Source of the DNA: Hamiltosporidium tvaerminnensis FI-OER-3-3
Taxonomy: Eukaryota > Fungi > Microsporidia
Assembly (NCBI GenBank): GCA_022605425.2
Contig: CM061250.1
Span: forward strand, 1 to 64,000
Length of the DNA: 64,000 bases
Direction: 5' to 3'
A model generated the notes under the pieces. It was not told the DNA's origin. It did not search any database and was given only the letters and a program-made list of their open reading frames with translations. Of this stretch, positions 55,950 to 64,000 are shown piece after piece. Within the stretch, counting starts at the first letter, position 1. The number at the start of each line of letters is the position of its first letter. Both the position numbers and the translations under genes were made by a program.

Positions 55950-58460
55950 GCTTTAAACAGTTATGAACGGACAGAATAGGCGAAATTTAAATAATTCTTT
56001 TTATAGCGGTAGTTCTCTTTAGAAATGTTTTTTAGTGAGCTATTAGATTATTTTATTACCATTTTAAATATTTTTATTTTAAGCAATTCTAAACATTTAT
56101 TTCTATTTGATTCTCTTCAAGAGTTGTTTTCGTTATTTTTGTAGGGAATTATCCGAAAAGCATTTTTGTTATCTAAGCGATTTGATAAAAATAGATAGAT
56201 TGTAATGTTTGCCCTGGGAAAAGCGTTTTTATTGAACTATATTGAATGTACAGCAGAATATGATTTACGTCTTATACCCATAATTGCGCCTTTATAACGC
56301 AATTCGGTTTTAAGTAATAATCTTTGGATCCTGCTATCATATTCTTTATTTAGTTTTATAACGTTAGATTTATATTTTGATATTTATTCTCGGAAATCTT
56401 AGCTTTATGTTATAGATTAAATTTTGAGTTATAAATGTTTTAGATAGTTATAAGAAGAAATTACTATATCTATAACGTATTTAGAATGAACTTACAAGTT
56501 TTCAACGTATTAAGCGCTCGCTTATGGAATACATTTATTAGTTATTTGGCTTTTTAAAAATTTTTATTTCTGATATTTAATATTTCAAAGCAGACTTAGA
56601 AATTTATTAAGACTTTTGATTTATCTATTTAAAAACATATTTTATTTTTTAGATCATAATAGCTTTCTAACATATTATGTGTTATATAGAAATTAGAATA
56701 TTGTAAGAAGTAATAAACTTTTTAAGAAGAAATTTTTTACTTTAAACTTGATGCCTTGACTGTTTGAATGTATTCTTCATATATTTTCATGTATCGATAT
56801 TTTAACATTCTCGGAAAATTATTCTTTTTAGATTTTATATTTATTAGTAATACTTGTTATTAATTTTTTTCTCTCTTCTCAAAATTATATTCTAATAAAA
56901 AACTTGCATCTAAAAATCTTACTTTCTTCATAAATTTTTTTAATTTTTGAAGTATTAAGAAATAAATAATTTGTATCTATCAGTTAAAAAATAATGTTTT
57001 TTATTTCTACTAAGTAGTATTTAATTTTCTCACTGTTGTTTAGAATGTATTAAAAAATTACCTTACTTTTTTTTTCATAAACATATTTTTTTAGGTATAA
57101 TTGTTATGAATATTTCATAATAAGAAACTCTCGGGAGAATATCAAAATATATGTTCAATATCATTTCGACTTAAAAGAATCATGTATATACAAACCTTAG
57201 GATGATCTTTGTCATTATTAACTACTAAAGTAGATGTAACGAGCTAGAAAATCTGTATATTAATATAATAGATTTTATATTTGGAAGAATTATAGTTGGA
57301 ATCTATTTTGTTAAATTCATATTGTAATTTGTGTAAAAGTCAATCAAAGAAATATTTTAGTAAAAAAAGTTGCTTTTTTTGAATGACGTATTTTTCAAGA
57401 GGTTTATAAAAAAAGCGTAAAAGTCTAAAAAATACATATACCCTCACCGGCACAATCTATAACTATTATATAACAAACTTATTCCAAAGACTATAATAAG
57501 CTCGAAATAATAGGCATATGTCTGTAAAAATTCTCGGAAATGGCAGAAGAATGAGAAATTTTGGGCATAAAAACTAAAAGTCGTTCTGCAGTAAATATTA
57601 TATAAATTTATTAGAGACAGACAGAAAGACTAAAAATTTAGAATTATCATAGGTATTTTGAATTTTATGAGTCAATGTAATAGAATGTTCTCAAATAACT
57701 TATTGATACCATTAATTTAACTCTTAGATACCTGCTATGCACATAGTCACTAGATAAAAACCTAATCTAAAAACAGATGTATGGTCAATATATTTAAGAA
57801 ATTCTCGGATGTGTTAATCATACATCGAAATAGTTACCACATTAAATCATTCTGTCAAACCCTTAACAAATGAATAGAAATGCATAATTTACGATCTGAT
57901 GTTAAAACTATTGTAAGAATGCTATAATTCACACAACAAGATACTCTTTCATACTTTTGAAGAGAAATACAGGCGGTGCTTTACTATTCCTAAGTGATTC
58001 ATTATGAATGAGCATATTTATGGAACTCTTAATTGGAAAAAATTACCGGGCAGGACAAAATACTATAAAAGCACGATGAAAAAACTCTAAATATCTATTT
58101 AGAGATAAGCTTGATTATAAATTTTTTTTTTAAATACCTCAAGCATTTATCTCAATCATACAGCAAACTGAATTAAAAATATTCTAAATGAACTAAGAGA
58201 GCTGAAACTATTTCATAAAATGAGCTAAAAGTAACGGCATGCATTTTTGCGATTAAGTCAATATTCATCGAATAGGCGAATTGATATAGAAGTAAAATAA
58301 AAATTACAGAATGTTTTATAATTAAAAAAATTGGTATCGACAACATTTGGCAGCCGAAAATATTATACGATAGTAAAAAGCCAGGGTAGTTAAATTTTAA
58401 GGAGACAATTAAGATAATATATAGTACGAAGAAAAACAAATGTTTAATCAAAGCATATAA
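55950..58460 (+). mobile_element. Decayed Ty3/gypsy pol (RT-RNase H-integrase)
   Basis: LLDY about 56039, KAF about 56220, EYDLRLIP about 56256, LYNAIRF* about 56290 (L.NAP..FQ), LRNLLRL about 56595, FYFKLDA about 56735 (TDAS), YVCKNSRKWQKN about 57517 (CxxCQ), YNSH...FEEKYRR about 57923 (YN...PFE..YGR). Gypsy domain order. Confidence 0.6.
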
Positions 58461-59199
58461 ACTATAAAAACTTGTAATATTTATTAAACTAAGTATTTAG
58501 AACCTTTTACTTCAAAATCTTTTATGAATAAAATCTTATTTTTAAGTTTAGAAGGAATTATATACACAATTTTTTTTCTGTTGTTATTTTTTTAATTTTA
58601 TAGCAGCAAAAAGACCAAATTTCAGGTTTCTAATGTTTTTTACTTTAAATAGTTCTAAAATTAAGTTAAAATAAAATATAATATTTGGCTTTGTTGGAAA
58701 ACTCTTTAAAGGAATATATTTTGAGAGCATGCATTTGCAGTAAAATATTTTTCTGTATATATTTGAGAAAAACATAACAAAATATTTTTTTACCACCATT
58801 TCTATGTTACTCTATAGTACTGCTTTTAAATTTTCTTATAGTATATATCATATGAATAGTTATATTTTTTTCATAATTTCAAAGTGAGTACATATAATAC
58901 TAAAATTCGCAATATGCATTAAAAATATTACATATTTTATATCTTATATGTAGACTTATATGTATTAAGGCACATATATTTTTATAAAAAAATACCTAAC
59001 CTATGTTGATCTTATTTTCGTATTGTCTATTGATCCATTTTAATATTGATATATGATTAAAGAAGCATATTCAAGAAAATGGATTATTTAATTTAAACCC
59101 TTTCTTGAAAAAAAAAATTTGAAGAAAAATTCATTTTTCAAAATATAGTTAAACTCACAATGTAAATTAATGTTTTTTAGCTTTTAGTCTTCTTAATAC

Positions 59200-60270
59200 A
59201 ATGTAGAAAAACTTAAAAGCTAAGTATAAACTACCGAGATTATAATATATAATCGTTTGAATATATCTATGCGTCATATAGGTTTAATTAATTTTTTTTA
59301 AACACTTGCAATCCAAAAGAACATATCCATTATGATTTTACTCTATGGATTAGAGTTCTCGACTAAATTTATTATAAATTAGTAATTATAAGCAATATTG
59401 ATTCTTGCATTATGAGATTAAAGCTATCATTTTATAAACTCTTTGTATTATAGAAATTCTACTTCTTTCATAGTCTTACATTCCCTAAAACCCTAGAATA
59501 TACAATGATTTATATCCTCTTATGAAAAGACCACAGAAAATTAAAATTATACAGAAGTAAAAATAATCAATTTTTCAAAACATTTTTTATAAATTAAATA
59601 AATATCTTTATTTTAAATAGTACTGTCTTCATGGAAACAATTTATTTTTCACGCTCCCTAATCTAATAATTTCTTATAATTTACAAGTTACTTTTCGCGT
59701 TCACTTACATCTTTAATATTTTTTAAATGAGAAAGTGCTAGGTGCATATAGTTTTTATAAATCTATACATATTCGTTACTATCATTGATTGTGTTCAAAG
59801 ACTGATACTTTGTTTAAATTACGAAGGTTTGGATTCGTAAACTAAAGAATAATTATTGCCATTAATACACTTATGAATCTAAACACTATACTATTTTCTC
59901 TTCATGAATCAAATCCTTATAACCTAGCTTAGAAATAAAGGTAAGAAATTTAGAATTTAAAATAAGGGAATAAAAATTTTACTTAAATAATATCAATATA
60001 GAAAATAACTTTTTCAAAACACTATTTTAAAATACGATTCATTCTTTAATTAAATGTTGTATATTTTATATTTAAGAATTGGCGCATTTCATAGTCTTTT
60101 ATTTACATTCTTTTATGAACCTTCCACATTTAAATTTTCGCTTCCAGTTCACAAATATATATATCTTTGAGAATATTTTTTTCCAAAACATTAAGAATAT
60201 TTCTTCCAATAAAAAGCATGAAATGTATGATTAAAAATAATAACCAACATCCACTAAATATCGTTTTTAG
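59200..60270 (-). mobile_element. Decayed Ty3/gypsy protease-RT fragment
   Basis: Minus strand: LVDVG...SYIS about 60257 (protease DxG), NDS-RICIDL*KL about 59785-59750 (DG..R.CIDYR.LN), NGYVLLDCKC about 59332-59303 (GL.L...KC). Confidence 0.45.
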
Positions 60271-63200
60271 TTCAATTTATAATTTTATATTAGAAAAGCT
60301 ATAATCAACGAAGTTTTTATGTTTTTAAATTAAAAGTTCTACCTTCTTATATTTTTTCATACATTTGATTCTTTTATTTGTTTGACACTCTCAAAGAATT
60401 ATATACTGGGTGCCATTCTTATTCTAATAAATTTACTTTTTTTATAAATTCCTTTCTTCAAAATCAACCTAAGACTGGCTTTTTTACAAATTATACAAAA
60501 ATAGTAAAAATAAGATTTGTATTTAAAATATGGTGTATTATAGCAATAACCCTACTAATAAAATATAATTCAAGGGTAATGTTTAAATAATGATATAGTT
60601 TGAAAGGGGTTTAAAATTTAAATTACCTGTTCTTTACTTTAATTTAAGTTCTACTATTTAACTATTAAATTTTTTAGATCGGATCTGTTAATTAAAAACC
60701 AATATAGACTTAATTATTAATTTAATAGACAACTTTAAAAATTACTCTTTGTTTCGCAGAATCATATGGGTATAAGTAAATAAAAGTGTTACTTTTCATT
60801 TATGACAATCTCTACCTCCAAAAACTTACTATTAACCTTTACGAACATAATTTTATAATGTTTACTAAATACCTTAACTATTACCATAAAAATATACCAC
60901 TGTTCATATATGCTCTTAAAAAATCATTAATATTATGTTTTTATCGAGTTTTAACATATTTTATTTGCATTTTTCGTATTGAATTTTTTAAAAAATATTT
61001 GTTACATTTTGTATATACTATATAGAACGATTCGAATGTTATCCTCAAATATAAAATAAAAATAATAATGCTTTGATTGATGAAAAGTATTGAAAATAGA
61101 TAATGTATGATTTTACCGCTTTTAAATCATTTATAAAAAATAAATTTAGCTTGCTATTAAATTTTTGATATTTTTTAAGATTATTATTGATATATTCTAT
61201 TATAAATTCAAAAATTCAATTAAACAAAATTATATATAATTTATAAACTAAAGACTGCCAAAAATATTACATATAGCTTCTAAAGATTCGATGTATCACA
61301 ATATATTTTTAATTTTTTTTGGATTTGTTTAATCGGATTTTGTATAGTCTTACACAAGATTTAAAAAAATCAAAAAAAAAATTGGGGTAAAAATAGTATC
61401 GGCTATATGCCTAGAAATTTCCAAAAATACATCTCATTAAACTTTTACTGTTTATATAAATGTCTTCTAAAAAATCTATTTGTTTCTTTTCAATTTTTAT
61501 TGCCTATTTAACAAACTTGCTTGATATATTTTGTATATGTTTGTTCAAAGATCACAGAATTATGAAAAAATCTAGATGTAAAAATACACAATTAAACACC
61601 GAATAAAGCTCCGATTAATATAAAAATACGATCGGCAAGCAAATTTTTACGCTTTATGATAATCGTAAGTCATTTTGAAGAATTTTTTGAGTATCAATTT
61701 TTTTGGATTTTTTAAGGCATATATACCTATAATATTTCAAGATTTGTAAATTAACAAAAAATCAACGAAAAAAAATTAAAGGTATGCAACAAAATCTAAT
61801 TAATCTATCGAGTTGTCTTAAAATAAGCTACGAAGTCCATTTGGAATAAACTTCGATGTTCTGAAAGTAAATTTCTAAATTTCTTTTTAGCAAATTTGTC
61901 ATGAATGCATAGTATATTGTGTATGAAGTAATTTTGAAGAAGAAAACAATTTATTCAAAATAATACCGAATTGTATTTCTAAAACATCGCAAATATGATA
62001 TATCAGTATATCATAAGTAGAAGGTATCCTTATCATATAAATTTACATTATATTTTTTATAAATTCGTTTCAGTATATTTTTTCATACATGTTTTATTTG
62101 TTTTGCATATAGTAGTATGAATATATGAAAAATATAATTCGAAAATGCATATGTTCTTGCTGATAATTAGAAGGAATATAGCTGAGACCAAGGAATAATT
62201 TTTCCCATAGTTAAAAATAAAATCTAGTAATTTTTATTAGGTTTTCATATTGCTTGATTTTTTTTATTAGGCTTAATGAAGTTACATCTAGCAGTATTAA
62301 TGATTTTTAATTTAAAAAATACTGTGTAAAAAAGAAAAACTCTAAAATTATTAAAAAAAGTAAGAATAATACGAATATTTGTTATAAAATTTGATTAAGT
62401 TTATGCCTATCTTCATATCCTGTTTTTTTTGATTTTTTTCTTTCTATATTTGTATATGGTATATGAAACTAATTGAGAATTATCAAAAAATATTATGGCA
62501 AAGTATATGTTCAAATAGTTTAAAACAACTAGAAATACAGGGAAATATCTCTTAAAGAAACAAATAATTGTGTTTTTAATAAAATTTTACAATCTTCCAA
62601 GACATTATTTTATACATTTTTTTTGCTCTTTGTTAACCTATTTTGTATATAATGTGTAAGCCTTTCAAAATTTTTCATAAAAGATTTAAAAGATAACTGA
62701 TTAAAAACCTGAAAATTCCTTTGAATATAACAAAATATTTTGTCATAAGTCAATAACTGTGTTTTAAATAAAATTTCTAGATGATTTTTATAATTTTCTG
62801 TGATCATAAATTCTCTAATACGGTCGATATAGTTACATATAGTCGTATTGAAAATATGAATATTTGAAAAAAAAATTTAAAAAATCATATGCGTGAAAAT
62901 CTGATAAATTATACAAAAATATCAATAATTATAAAATCTGGTTTTTTTCAAATTAGGTTTTTGCTAAACTTTACTACTCTTCGTTTTTGAACCTTATTAG
63001 ATATGTTTTGTATATACTATATGAAAAGATTGAAATAGAAAAAAAAATGAAATTAAGTAGTATACGAATTTTTTCTTATCAACTTATACAGATGTTACAA
63101 ATGGTTTTATATCAACCTATTAAATTTCTTTTAAATTTAAATTTTGTTTTTTATATGAATTTTATCTTTCTTTGACTGGTTTCGGGATATTGAGTGACAC

Positions 63201-64000
63201 TGTGATATTTATAAAAAATATATTCGAAAAAACCTACATTTTAATATCTATAAATTATAGAAGACATATCAGAGATGTCTAATTAATTGTATTTAACAGG
63301 GTGCAATCTTTTTTTCTGATCTTGCTTCGAAGTTTTTTGATATATTCTTTTTAATTTTCAGCATGTAATGTATATATTAAAAAACATATTAAGAATTATA
63401 GAAAAATTTATTAACAGATATAAGATTAACTCGTTAAAAATTCTTGCAAATTACTTTGATAAGTTCATATGAATAATGTTTGTTTTTTTAGGATATAATC
63501 TGGACGAATATTTCGAAATTTGCAATGCGTAAATGTTTAGTTTTAAGTAGAAGGTTTTAATATAGTGAAATGATCGATTCCAAAATCAAAAGAAGGCTTA
63601 TAAAATGTATATGTTTTAACAAAAAAATCGATCAAAAGAAACTGATTTTCATGATATGACACATTTCAATGTTATTATAATATTTCTGGTATTTAGGGTT
63701 TATTTTTGGCACCTGATTGGTTTTTATTAGTATCATATATTCGTATTAAAGATTCCAACAATATAAAAAAATGTATATAGAAATGTATGAAGGTTAAGAT
63801 TTCATAGTTGCTCTAAAAATAACTAAAAAACTTTTAACACTCTATGTTTAAAGAAATTTAGAGATTTGATGCAAACTTCTTTGAAGTATTTTTCTGTTTA
63901 GTTATTAATTCCCCTATAAATTTTATCCCACATATTTATTTTTTTTACTTGTATATCTCTTAATGATATTTTTATTTTACCTAAATTATTTCTGTGTTTG

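Noticed and set aside
2737-63175. The supplied 60-92 aa ORFs as real genes
   Set aside because: Most are F/I/L/Y/K-rich chance frames expected in AT-rich DNA, often with non-ATG starts. The informative ones (12129, 26176, 40464, 42935, 54992) are fragments of the pseudogenes and TEs above.

Overview
This is the left end of a linear eukaryotic chromosome: a (CCCTAA)n/TTAGGG telomere at 1-890, then about 63 kb of very AT-rich subtelomere (roughly a quarter GC or less, judged by eye). I found no intact protein-coding gene, and the longest supplied ORF is 92 aa. Two kinds of decayed sequence account for most of the window. (1) Up to six co-oriented, probably minus-strand copies of one large unidentified gene or unit of about 8-9 kb, including an old segmental duplication (about 23.5-33.45 kb vs 48.1-55.7 kb). 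(2) Interleaved retroelement relics: two APE-RT LINEs, several Ty3/gypsy gag/pol fragments and a possible piggyBac-like insertion. All motifs were read by manual translation across stops and frameshifts, so boundaries are approximate (a few hundred bp). The taxon cannot be fixed from this window; the composition would fit a microsporidian-like or other AT-rich parasite or fungus (inference). The most interesting leads are the unidentified repeated unit and in-frame TAA codons that recur at aligned positions in diverged copies. No rRNA, tRNA or CRISPR array was recognised.
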